A stretch of 64,000 bases of DNA from contig CM068748.1 in NCBI GenBank assembly GCA_035084275.1, positions 6,820,001 through 6,884,000 on the forward strand. The letters run 5' to 3'. Made by a program: the position numbers and the translations under genes. Below are positions 10,498-23,900 of the stretch, one piece after another. The notes below the pieces were generated by a model. The model searched no databases, was not told the DNA's origin, and worked only from the letters and a program-made list of their open reading frames with translations. The DNA is from Hydrolagus colliei. Lineage: Eukaryota. Every line of letters begins with the position of its first letter. Positions within the stretch are counted from its first letter, which is position 1.

Positions 10498-13400
10498 AGT
10501 GATCTTGAGCACCTTTTTAAATTATTTTCTGGCTTTGCATCATTTCACTGGCAGCAAATGCAAAATGTAAATTTGTTTGAGACTGACACTGTTTGGAAGA
10601 TGTGTGCAAATATTGCTTTTTGGAACTAAACTGATTTGGAAAATCCGCAGAGATTTTCTGCAGACTATTATTACGCCTTGCCTTGCCTAACAATTTGCAT
10701 TCTTGATTTCTCTGTGGTGCATAGATAGCATTGTAAGCTTTGACCCTTCAATCTAGCTTTCCCAATATCAAAAATATATCATTTATACCTATATATGATG
10801 TGTATATATATATAAATGGTCAGCTATATAGGAAAATACACGCTGAATAGCAAGTCGAGTGTTTGTTTTGTTTCAGTCGATCCAAAGCTATGTGAAGCAG
10901 GTAAATATACGTCCGGATCACTGCTCTCACAGGAATGAATGGAGTGACCGCTCTCAACAGAAAGACAAGTACTGTGTGTTTGGGTTTTGAGTTTTGTTTT
11001 ATTTTTTTTTAAAAAAAGATGAAGTCGCCTTGCAAAAAAAAAAGCGAGGGTTTGCATATTTTATTATAATTTGATTTGGGGTTGGTGACTTATAACTGTT
11101 ACTAATTGGCCGCAATGTATTTTGAATAACGTTGCATTTCATTCATTCGTTCATTTCATTTCAATTCATAAAAGCCACTCAAGTCTCTCAGTTTGACTGC
11201 CATTCAGCAATGCAGTGAATGTGCTCACGCCAGTTACTGTACTGTCCGCTCACGCCAAAGCAGACAGACCCTCGAATTGATGATAACTGGACCCCATAAA
11301 TCGCTCAGTTGTGTGTGTTTTTTTAAGCAAAACCAAATGGTTAATACCGTGAAAATCACTTCAAGACCGTCGTCTGCTCACGTAGTTCAGATGATGTTAT
11401 AAACCACCGTCCCTTTTTGCTGCTAAGGTTTAACCCGCCATCGGAACACATTGATTATACAGTGAAGCTGTCTCTGTAATCACTCTCGGATGTCCACCGT
11501 TCCCCTGTTTAAACTGTAACCTCACAGTCAGAATTCCTCAGCTGTCCAGCACATTTGCGTTTTCTTTTCTTTTTTAATTATATATCCCCCACCACCCAAA
11601 AAAAAACAATCTTTTTGAATTAAAATCCCAATCAAAAATAAAACCACTTGGTTGCGTTTTAGCTTTTTTTCCCCACGTCCACTAAGGCTGTAAACTTCCA
11701 TGAAGAACATTACTCCCAGCCTTGTTTTTTTGTGGTTGTGTTTATTCCGCGGGGAGATGGTTGGTCGCTGTTTGTCCTTTGGGGGAAACTGAGAGGGGGA
11801 AGAGTTTTCTCAAAAAGCTTATTCAAGCTGTGAGGAATTGGAAAGGTGGTCGTTTGGTTAATTATCTTTTTTGGGGGGAGGGGGGGGGCGGGGGGGGGGG
11901 GGGGGGGGGGTGGGAGTGGCTGTAATAGTTTTCCCATTGACTTGTCTTATTTAAGTCATACATTGTCAGAACCTGTTTCTTTTCCTATCCCTCCACCTCT
12001 TACTTTTTCCAACAAGTAAATGCCAGACACTCACTTACTTACTTGGAGTTGGAGACCAGGTATAACCCCCAAAAATGCATGTTTTTGCCATTGGTGCGTT
12101 AATTTGTTTCCCTTTTTTTAAAACAAAAGATTGAAAACAAAGCTGCTGCTGGAGAGAAATAAGGCAATCGGGTTTTTTTTTCATCTTTCCTGCGTTTTGT
12201 TTTCTCTAAATCGCCTCGACTCTGGTGGCTGTAATGGCTTTGGGGGAAACTGTCCAGGGAGAGATGCCGACAGAGAATTAAATCTGGGGGTGAATGAAGT
12301 GGCCAATCAGCTTTTTTTTAAATGAAACATACCATTCGTGTTTGTATAAAGTGGGGATTGAGACTCTTCTTCATCCAACAGACAGCCGAGGTGGGGGGGG
12401 GGGGGGCAGCAGCTTCCTAATGGACTAATTGGCTGGAAGTATGTTAGAAACCTGGGAGAAACTGTGCTCCGGAAGCAGGAAGACGGGGAGGGATTCCGGA
12501 GTTTCACTGAAGCATTTAATTTACCCCCAACACTGTTCCTGTTACTGCTATTGCTGCTGCTGTTGCTGCGGGAATGAGAGACAGTGTTTGTAGAGTAACA
12601 TTGCTCTCACTCCACAGTGGGGTAACCTGGGGTGCAAAGAAAATCGTGCTTTTATGAATGGAAAAGCACACTGATCCATTTGTGGTTTCTTACGTTTTGG
12701 GGGGAGATTTCTTTTTCCTTACACATCCTTCAAAAACGCCACTTGTGTGTGTGTGTGTGTGTGTGTGTGTTGGACTGGGGTGTGGGAAATTGCCTAGTCG
12801 GTGAATCTTCTACTTACAGAGAATGTAAATGTTATATCTTAACCATTAGAGACTTTTCAAATGGGCACTGTCATATTAATGGATAAGGACGTTTGTTTTG
12901 GGGTTGGACAAGTTAGAGTGCATTCACATTGCCTTCTGTTTAAGCCAGTGTTTGCAGATAGATATGCAGTAGTTTTAAATGTATTTAGCGGTTTAAAACT
13001 CTCCTTTGGGTAGACAGCTTTGCCTTCTGTATAAGTGCTTCCATCAAAGCAACCAAAACTCTGTGGACGGATCCTCAGATGAATAAGATTATCTGAATAC
13101 CACAGCTGCTTAAACTGTGTTGTCCAAGTAAATTGTATTCCGCATATAAATGTAACTTAATAGTCAAGTCAACGTGTCTTCGAAATTCAGGTTGGTTTCT
13201 CAGGAGTTGGGACATACAGAGCAAACCGAAGTGGAGGTGTAATGAAAGTGCAAGGTGGCTCCTTATTTAATTATTATTTATGCTCCAAATTTAGAAATAA
13301 GATAGAATATATTATGGATGTAAAAAAAAACTGCAAAGGTATGTTTCTTCAGTGATAATTACCAGCTAACGCGTTCATCTTTCTCAACAGTTAATACGCA

Positions 13401-16184
13401 TTAACTGAGATATATACCTATCCATATACGGTAAAGTGAATAGCATAGAGTTTACATCCCATCAGTTCACAGCATGCTGCACCGGCTGATCTACTGGAAG
13501 TCCAATCCAAAGTAGATTGACACCCATGTGGAACGGGTGCATTGAAAGAAGCTCTGGATGTAAACTAATTAAATTGCTTTTTAATTGCTTTCGTTTCCAA
13601 AACCTGACCCCCACCCCCCTCCAACCCCCCAAAATATAACCCAGAATGATTTATCAAGAGACCCCGGTGGAGCCTAACCGTTTGAGACTTGTCTCCTGGG
13701 AGTTACCTCGCTTTATGTTAAATTGACTTTGCCCTAAAGAGAAATCCTAACCAACATTGGGCAGGTGTCTGGTAGCTCGGGGTGGGGGGTACAATGGGGT
13801 TTAGCTGGAGCCATGGTTTAGATTCGGTAGGAAAATCGAAATGTCATTGGAGGGTGTTCCAAAGCAATCGAAAAGGAACAGAATTCATTTAGAGAGGTAA
13901 CTAACTGGGCTACAGCGAGTCGAAGGAAAGCCGGCGACTAACGGATTGTCGGTGAAATAGATTAAAACTAGATTGTGTAGAGGTTCAGAAAATCGTGAAG
14001 TTTGCAACTGACCATCAAACATTGTAAGTGAGGTTTCCCCCCCTCTGGATTCAATGATCCTCTGGGTTCAAACGGTGTTGTATTTGCAAGGATTTAGATC
14101 AAGTATACTTGCCCGGTTGGTGGTCTGGTTTAAAGGGAACCGTCGAAAAAGACAAACCCCCATGCAGATAATTAAATCCTATATTTAAAATTCAAGAGCT
14201 TCTTAAACCCATTTCAATGGCGGCCTCGAGAAGAAAAAAATGATTAGCAGCAAGAAAACCTTGTGAGGGAGAGAGGCCCGGGTTCTGAGCGAACTGTGAT
14301 AACGGGGACAAAAGGCTATTGTCATCGAAGAAATGTACAACAGATTAGACTGATGCCAAACACTACCTCGAAAATAATGGCAAAAAAAATAATGCATCAA
14401 CAAAAGTTCTGACTCGAACCGGGGCATTAAATGCAAGTGGGCGAGACTCTTCCATTACAGTTAAATGTTATCCTCCCGCCCACAAACTGCCACAAGCTCA
14501 ATCACTAAATAAACACAACATCTCTGAATAACAAGTGTCTGTCAAGCAGAACCTAACTAAGAAATGTTGGTACTTGCAGCTAAAAACGCTAGCTATCAAA
14601 ATACGTTTAATGCGAGTATTGATTCGGCAACTCCCTTCTGAAATCTCTTGTCCAATGTATTAACATTGACAGGATCAAGTTGTTTTCAATATATATATAT
14701 CTATACATTGCCTTCATTTTCTTTGATGATTTCCATTTCAGTATTCATTCTTCTTTGAATATATTTTCAAAGGCGAAATCCCAAACAGTTGTTCAGATCC
14801 GCCCATAATGCGAAACCACCGAATTAAAGAAAACACCATTTAATACTTTCTGACAGTAGTCGCTGTGAAGATCTGTCATTTTCATTCACAAAGAACCTTA
14901 GAATCCGCATATTTTCGCCACATCTTAAGGCTCAACCATAATATTTCGGGGGTTACAAAGTTATAAGACAGATCGAATAAGGTCAATGTCCCATATTGGG
15001 GTGGGGGGGACAAAAAATATCTGCAGTAGCAGACTGTGGTAATGACTTAATACTAACTTTTATTGTGATTAATACAAATTGCCAAGGTTTGATCTTTACA
15101 TGACAATATTCCTGGATTATAGCAATAATTGCCCTTCCCAATAAACGTGACCATAGCTTGGTTGACCCTATTACATTTAGCTTCGGTGCTTCTCTTCAGA
15201 TTAAACGTATCAAGTGAAAACACAAGATACCTTGTTTCAACAACCCCCCCCCCCCCCCCCCCCACCCCCAACCCCTTCCTCCACCCCACCGCCACATTGG
15301 GCAAACGGGAAAGGATGCAATTAGAGTAAACAGTGAAATTTTTTTTGACTTTAGAGACACAATACAAAAATTTCAAAGTGTAAATCGCTTAAAAGGCACA
15401 AATTAAAGCATGTACAAAGACCCACTCGCCTGTAGGTATCAGCTCTCCCGGCTAATCAATCACCAAATAAAAAACAAAATGACGTTTAAGTGTTATTTCT
15501 TTCTGTCTCACTGCTGAAATGCGAGTTTGTGGCTGCATTGCAGACACCGTGCGGTTCGGTGACCTGGAGTGTATTGAAGTGTTCAATGGGAGGATCTGTG
15601 GCAGTAGCTTTGCTGTGGATATGGGGCAGTTCCTGCTATTGGTTACCTGTTCTTTCATGAGCTTGACAGAGCAAATCTTAGCAGCGAGCGATCTGTCACA
15701 CTCACTGCCTGTGCTGCCGTGTTCTCTCTCTCTCTCTCTCTCTCTCTCAGTGTGTGTGTCTTGTCTCTCTGTGTCTGTCTCACTCTCCCACTCTGGCTGG
15801 CTCGCTGGATCTCAATCAATGTGATCACTTCCCTGTGGTGAAGGGAGGAGGGGGGGAGAGGAGTGGGGGGGGGGGGGGGGGGGGGGTGTCACTAACTTGC
15901 CAGGGATTATCACAATCTGATCGTTGCACTTTACAACGTATTTAAATGTTGCAAACGACGTCACTTTGGGGGAGGTGGATGGTTTATTCAGCGAACATCT
16001 ATAAAAAGGCCGTTCCCCCCACCCCCCCCAAAAAAAATGATCAGTGAAAACCAGGAACATGTTTTATGGTGGGATTTTGAATGAAACTCGCTCACGATCC
16101 GACACAGGGAATTTTCCAAGCTGAATGGTGTCAATTTGCACGTCTATCCGAACAGTAAGTATGAATGGGTCTCTCCTGTGACCA

Positions 16185-16186
<2 letters not shown>

Positions 16187-16219
<33 letters not shown>
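16187..16219. repeat. (AT)n microsatellite; other simple repeats include (GT)n near 12744 and 26615, (CT)n near 15723 and 23198, (GA)n near 17025
   Basis: Directly visible. Confidence 0.9.
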
Positions 16220-16220
<1 letters not shown>

Positions 16221-17736
16221 CCTATATCTAGTATAGTGTTTTCCTGACAAGTATGAAGTAAGCAATGTAAACTTTCACGCTTTGTCAATGGAGAGGTAAC
16301 ATTCTGCCAATGTGCTGTCTAGGATTGTAAGCAATGTGGGTTAGATATAAAGTTATATTCAGCAAATCACAGTGACGCTATCTCGAGTACTGGGGGAATA
16401 AACCCAATCCCACACTTAGTCAGATTTTCAGGGAATAAAAACCTCAAAGTGCATTCAAATTGATCACCACAGTAGAGATTATTAGTATTTGCTACACATT
16501 CTTGACAACGTGTTTCGTGTGATTAAATCGGATCTGTTTGGAACCTACCCACGTATTTTACAAGGAAAGTTCCGTGTTAACCTCTGTGATCACGAGTTTA
16601 GTCATGCGGTAAAATACGGGGCGGTGGGTTGTCCTGTTTTAAAATAAATTTTGTTTGGGAGTCGAGATTTTATCTAAGCGCTGAATGTACATATTATTTT
16701 ATGAATGTGGCCCATTACTTCTGATGAATCAACAACGATAATGAATTTTAAAAAAGTTTGATTTGATTTTCTCCCTAAATTAGTCAACCATATAGATTAT
16801 TTCCACAGATACATCTGATTATATACGATAATGACTGCTGTACTCTGCTGATATTACATGATCATTTCATTTGTGCATAAGAATAAACGTTACCTTACCA
16901 CGTACTTAATTCATTCGGAAAATAATGCAAGTTAGCAAAATAGAATTTGTCAAACTTTAATTCTACTTTAAAAGTCCCCGCAGTTTAAATGTTCAGGTTT
17001 TGTTTCTGAACATGTAATAGGATAGAGAGAGAGAGAGAGAGAGAAAGTGCAGAAGTAGAAAATTGGAAGTTGTAATCCAGACTCGAGTATTGATCTGTAA
17101 ATTGAAAGTTGACCAATTTAAATTTCATTCGAAAGTTTTATCCAAATACCCAGACACAATGTCAATAATAGTTGCGTTTGGCTTAATTTCTACGCAACGT
17201 AATATGTCGATATGTATTTCTATTGTAACATAATTGTTCCCAAATGTATTACGCCCACATATTAATTATCTTCATATTAAATCTTACACAGTTTTGAGTA
17301 TAGACCTAATTTTCAGACCAGCATTACAAATAAACAATGATGAACTCAAGCTGGCCTGTGTGGCAGGTTCTGTTCTTTTTTGAGTCATTTCTTTTTTATA
17401 TAATAATAAAATAAAATAATAAAATAAAATTCATTTACCTTTTCGTCTGTAGGGCATAAAAGAAGTGTGGAGTTTCACGGGCCTGACCGTCTGCCTGTCT
17501 GCCCCCAATCAGAAATCGTGAATGGTTCCCAACGCTAACGATGTGATATTGAAAAGAAAGTATTTGACTTCTTTCTATGTAAGGGTGGGGGGGGGGGGGG
17601 GGGGGGAGTAAAAAAAACAACTATACAAACTGTGAAGCGCATCGGCAAAGAGTTAAGAGCTGCAGAGTTCTCTGCTGTGGACAAATCCATCTATTTTGCG
17701 GGTCAGATCTGTGGCAGTAACAAGTGAATCCGAGCA

Positions 17737-17940
17737 ATGTTCCTGCTAGGAGTCGACTATCTGTCGGTCCTGGCCACCGCTCTCACCTCCCTGTTGTCGG
17801 TGGTGCTGCTGCTCGCTGTATCGCGACAACTATGGACTCTTGGCTGGAATATGACTAGAGACCGGGGCAACAAGCTGCCTCTGCCCAAAGGCTCAATGGG
17901 TTGGCCACTGCTGGGAGAAACCCTCCACTGGCTGGTACAG
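17737..17940 (+). CDS. CYP26C1: CYP26C1 exon 1 (coding part)
   Basis: ATG at 17737, [12 protein letters not shown]...HWLVQ|gtaaga. Confidence 0.93.
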
Positions 17941-20900
17941 GTAAGAAAGACACGTTTGTACTTGTTCATATTTTTTTTAAAAGCAAAGAATCACTTTTGT
18001 TTTCGCTAATACCAATATCTATTGAAACGTTTGATTGGTAATTGATTTCCTCCCGCTGTAAAGATGGGCAGCTAGCTCTGCTTCCATCGTGAAATGAGTT
18101 CCCTGCGAATTATGAAAATGCTGACAAAAGTCTTTTAGATATATGCGGGGGACGACGGGTTTGCGGGGTTATGGGGAGAGAGAGCCTTGACTTTGAATAG
18201 CTCTTTTCAAAGAGCCGGCACAGACTCGATTGGCCGAATGGCCTCATTTTGTGCTGTAAAATTCAATGATTCTACTGTATATATTTTCCATAGACAATGT
18301 TAGCCAGTGGGTAGCTACCAACAAATTCAGATTGCTCTGAAGTCGCTGGTGGGGTTTTCTCTACGGCTACTAAACACTCTTTTCATGGACGTCACTTGTT
18401 TTAAACAATTATTTAGATTTAGATTTATTTAATTGCTGTGATTCCCTTAAACGGTTCTTCCTTAACTGGCAGGAGCTCAGAGTTACTGTTCTTTGAAGCT
18501 GTAAAGATGACTAACGCGAAAATGTGCCCGAAGAAAAATTGCTTTCATATTATCAGATTACATCCCCAACCTACACGTAAAAATATAAATTATTGCCTTG
18601 GAAGTTTTCAATAACATGCGTAAGACAGACAGACACCAGGAGGACAGAAACTTTATAGAAAGGCCTTAAAAATAGTAATGGTAAATGTACTTAATCCGAA
18701 TGGAAAGCTGAAGCTTCTCATGATTTCCAAACTATATCGTTCCACACTCTATCGTGAGTTTTCGGGAAGGTGGTAGACTTAAAGTAAACACTGGGTTTGA
18801 TATTGTAGAGAGAGAGAGAGAGAAAGATGCGTCCCAATCGCAAGCAACTAAGAGGCGCTGGACTGTTTCTGCAGCTGTACTGTGCGTGTTAAGTGTTGCA
18901 AACGCATTAAACACGAATTAACGAAGGCTTGGGCGAGGCGAGAAGTAGACATATTTGCCTAAACATGATCAGATGAAAAGGTCTGAGGTCTGTCTCGCTG
19001 TTTCCTGGAGCGGCAGGCAGCTTCCCGAGGCTCTGAAAACACGCTTCAGGGTTTGATAGACCTTCGGGTTAGTTCTTCATGTCTCCAAACAAGCGGCCGA
19101 GAAAACTGAAAACAACTTAGTTTTTTTTGGGGGGTGGGGGGGTCGCATGGATTCTGATCTAGTTTGCTGTACAGGCGGTTGCAGTCACTTCGGAAAACAC
19201 TTCCTTAAAAGCTTCAGCGAACAGACAGGCTGCACAGATGAATGACTTTCTCTGTGAGGTTGTGTGTTTTTTTTTGTTGCTTCTTGCAGGGCTCCAACTT
19301 CCACGCTTCGAGGAGAGACAAGTATGGGAATGTCTTCAAGACGCATCTTTTGGGTAAACCGGTGATCCGAGTGACAGGTGCTGAGAACATCCGCAAAATC
19401 CTGATGGGGGAACACACTCTGGTCAGCGCCCAGTGGCCGCAGAGCACACGGATCATCTTAGGCTTCAATACACTGGCCAACTCCATTGGGGAGCTGCACC
19501 GCCAGAGAAGGAGAGTAAGTGTACAGCACTGGGGAGGGGTGGGGGGGGGGGGGGGGGGGGGGAGGTGGTGGGGGGGGTGGGGAGAGAGAGAGAGGCAAGT
19601 ATTTGTTTAGAAATAATAATATATATTGTTTAAAAAGCAACTGTCATACTGTGTGTGACTCCCCGAATTTTTTTTTTTTTTGCAACCTGTGGGTGAGTGA
19701 TCAGAAACACTGTTTGAGGGCAGCGGGACAGGACGGGGCAGGGCAGGGAATAGGACGGGAATGGACAGAAAGCCGCCGGTTACCGTCAGACCGAAAACCT
19801 CGGGTCTGTGGAGTGAATACAACCAGCCCTCACTAATGTCCGGCTTGTCCATTCGAATATCTCCCGGTCCTTCAGGGGTTGTGTCCATACGGTATCCTCT
19901 GGGTGTGCAGTAGTCGTCCGTTGCTACGCGAGTAGGCACTTTGCCAAGTGATTCGCTAAGTTAATCATTGGACAGACATGGAGATGGAACGACAACCACA
20001 ACAACCCTGATTAATTTTTTTTAAAGAAAAAAAATAAAACAATCTATATATCTCCACCAATTGGTGTTGGCAGATCTTGGCTAAAGTCTTCAGTCACTCG
20101 GCTCTGGACGGTTACATGCCTCGGATTCAGCAGGTGGTGAGCAGTCAGATCCGGGGCTGGTGTGGAGAGCGGGGCGCGGTGAGTGTCTACCCCGCCAGCA
20201 AAGCGCTGACTTTCCACATTGCCGTCCGCATCCTCCTCGGGCTGCGGGTCACAGAGCAGCAGCTCACTCACTTCGCCGACATCTTCGAGCAGCTGATGGA
20301 CAACATCTTTTCGCTGCCTTTGGACATTCCCTTCAGCGGTCTGCGCAAGGTAAGAGGCAAGGCGCCAGCCATGCTGTGTAGTGTATGTGTGTGTACATGC
20401 GAGTGTGTGTGTGTGTGTGTCTGCCTCTCTACCCGTCTCTCAGTTCATTCCTCACCAGCACCGCCGCCACAACCTGGTTCTCATCGACCCTTGCTCTCAG
20501 ATGGATTTCAGGCTGATTACATACAGACCAATGGAATAGACATAAAATATGTTTTTTTTTTAACCTTTCAGTTGTGTTCACATTTAAACTCAGTTTGTCA
20601 GTCCTGTGTCTTTTTTTGTTCCAGACTATGATGTTCTAGCAGATCAGTAGTGTACCCCCCCCCCCCCCCCCACCCCCTCCTCTCTCTCTCTCTCTCTATA
20701 TAATATATATAAGACTCTGTCGCTCCCAGTACAGTCATTTCTAAAGTCTTCTTCTCTACAGCTAGCCAAACAACACTGATGCCTTGGAACTTGAAACCGT
20801 GGCTCTCCTTCCATCGCCGGTGTTATGAATGTTGCAGGATTGTGTGTGTGTGTGTGTTAGAAAACAAAATGCACTTTCTTAATGCGCTAGAATTCTAGAA

Positions 20901-23900
20901 TTAATCTTTTCACGGGGTTTGCGTGCAAACGTTTGTTTCCAGGATATCATGTATTCCACCTGTGACATTTCAAACTGAATGCTGAGTGCTTGCGGGGTGT
21001 TTGATAAATGCCAACGCCTCAGTGAGCCGTGACGGTAGATTGATACTGGAACATCCCAACCTTTGCGGAAAATGGCGTAACTGAAAGAGACGTCGAATTT
21101 TCCCCACCTGTGTTAGAACATTATATGTCGGGAAATCTCCCAATGGAAACCGCACCGGGCGTGGATCCGTTTAAGTTATTGTTATTGCCATTTAAATAGG
21201 GTATCAAAGCACGCGATACACTGCACGAATATTTGGAGAAAGCAATTAGAGAGAAACTACAGAAGAACATTTCGGGCGATTACCCAGATGCACTGGATTT
21301 TATGCTGAACAGCGCCAGGGAGCATGGAAAAGAGCTCAGCCTCCAGGAGCTAAAGGTAATAGGATCCCAACTCCGAGGAGATCCTCATTTCTTTCATCCC
21401 ATATTCTCCTCCAGTGGTTTCCTTTCTGTTTACACAATGTTTAATTTGCCATTCCCATTACCTCTCCTCTTTGTTTTCCCCTCTCTCCCCCCCACCCCCC
21501 CCCCCCCCCCCGCAGCCTAATTCACAAACAAATACATTCGTTTGTATGATAGANNNNNNNNNNNNNNNNNNNNNNNNNNNNNNNNNNNNNNNNNNNNNNN
21601 NNNNNNNNNNNNNNNNNNNNNNNNNNNNNNNNNNNNNNNNNNNNNNNNNNNNNNNNNNNNNNNNNNNNNNNNNNNNNNNNNNNNNNNNNNNNNNNNNNNN
21701 NNNNNNNNNNNNNNNNNNNNNNNNNNNNNNNNNNNNNNNNNNNNNNNNNNNNNTGCCACTTTCTGGTCTAGAAATCATGTATTTGACTTCTAGATACTCA
21801 CGGAGTTTCACTTTTGAGGGGAAATCATTGGCTGCTCTTGGAAGAGAAGCTTTGCGCCTCGATTATTGTAGGACACATGCTAGAGCACGTGTATGGCAGA
21901 CATGGAAGGTACATGTAAAGTATATATGTGCGATACAAGTAGGGCACATGGAAGGTGCATGTACGACACATGTAGGGCATATGTATTATAAATACAGTTT
22001 AGTCCCTTGATCCCTTGAATTTTACTGTTTCACTGCCCATTTCAAGATCAGGCCAGTTGATTATTTTATCAGTTGGTTATTTTGCCTAACACACTATAGT
22101 ATTTTTTTTTACCGGAGGACGGTGAATGCTAAATGTTTTGATATTGGGTTGATCGAAGAATTTAACGGATTGAAAGTTTCAGAGGGGGAAAATGCCCAAC
22201 TTCACTCTTTTCTACTCTATTGCACGGATATGAATGAACATCTCGATTGACATCAATAAAAAACATCAATATTCTATTCATTCCTATCCACCGACACGCC
22301 AGTAGAGCTGAAACAATTAATGCTTTAGTAAATCCCATGCCCAAATCGTGGCTGAAACTTCATTAAATCGTTTTAAGATGCATAACTAGCGAGCAGTGAC
22401 AAGGTGGAAATATTCAATTGGCGTGGAGTTTGGGTAGGGATATTTTTTGATGGAAGAATTTGAGCAAAGTGGGCTTCAGCAATACTGGAGAAGGTCTCCG
22501 TCCAAGGCTATATACTAATAGACTAAACCTCGAGGAAACCCAATAAACTGATAATACTGGGGTTGGGATTGGCGGGGAGGGGGGTGGTGGGGGAGGGGGT
22601 TGCATGCAGGAGAGCTTGAGTCCCTCCTCTGTTCAGTGTTGGTACTGCTTGTAGCGGAACATGGAGAAATTTGAGCTCATTGACAAAAAGCGATGACTTG
22701 TACCATAATGTCTGGGTGCCACTGGTTGGGTCTTTTCAATAAAGATTCGGATTCCAGCGCTCAATTCACATGAACCATGGAATTACTGTAGTTGGGAAAT
22801 TCTCCATTGCTCAGCCGACTGATCGGAGCCAACATACAGATATGCAACCACTACTGCTTTGTGAAAAAAAATCTATTGGTCGTTAGCTTTAACGTACAAG
22901 GAAAAATAATAAAACATTAACAGAATTTTTTTTACACACACTGGATTTGACTCGATACCACTCACACTAGAAGCCCATTGGTCAAGAAATGGCTATTCGT
23001 GTTTAACCCAAACACCGAAAGGTGTAAGACCTTATATAACTTCACAGCTTTACAACTTGGACTTATCCAACATCCACATAAGGCACTTTTCTCAGAGAGG
23101 GCTGTGATGTGGGATTGCATTAGCGACCAGGACTGAGAACCCTGGTCGATACTTGTGCCCAGATCAGATGAGATTAGGCAGCTAAGGCGTCTTAATGTCT
23201 CTCTCTCTCTCTCTCTCTCTGAGCATTTTCCTTGTGTTTAGGAATCTGCCGTCGAGTTGATCTTTGCCGCTTTCGCCACCACGGCCAGTGCCAGCACATC
23301 ACTGATGCTGCAGCTGCTCCAGAACGGGCAGGTCCTGGAGAAAATGAGGCAGGAATTGGAACAGCACGGTTTGATCCGGGACGATTGCGAATGGAATCGA
23401 CAACTCGCCACCCAGGATAAAACGACTCTCCACAAGCCCAGTCAACAGCAGTCCTGCAGCCCCTCGGGCAATCTCACAACTCATCACAGAACCTCAGCCC
23501 TGGGGAAACGGACTCCGGATGCAAACTGCCACCAGTCTTCCTGCATCCAAGAGAACCCAGACCGAGACGGTGTTTGCCACACACCACACACCGCCGCCTC
23601 GGATAGAATAGTCCAGGGTAAGGATTGCCAACGGATAAACATCAGCGAAGAGAAAGGCATCCAGGATACAGAGGGTCTGCAATCCCACCACACCCCGGCT
23701 AGTGATTGCCGGCCCGACCCTCACTCACAGGGGAAGGGGACAGAGAGTGAGAAATGGCAAATGTCCCAGGACAGTGGACACCAGCGCTATCTGAACCTGG
23801 AAACGTTGAGTCGCCTGCGCTATCTGGACTGTGTGATCAAGGAGGTGTTGAGACTGCTCCCCCCGGTCTCTGGGGGCTACAGGACAGCGCTGCAAACCTT

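Noticed and set aside
15593-17720. 14-mer GATCTGTGGCAGTA shared between about 15593 and the CYP26C1 5' UTR
   Set aside because: Several 14-bp matches are expected by chance in 64 kb, and there is no extended homology.
19715-19880. GGACA/TGTCC-rich segment in CYP26C1 intron 2 resembling a hAT-type element
   Set aside because: I could not define terminal inverted repeats or a target-site duplication.
21414-22010. ORFs spanning the N run
   Set aside because: Artefacts of the assembly gap.
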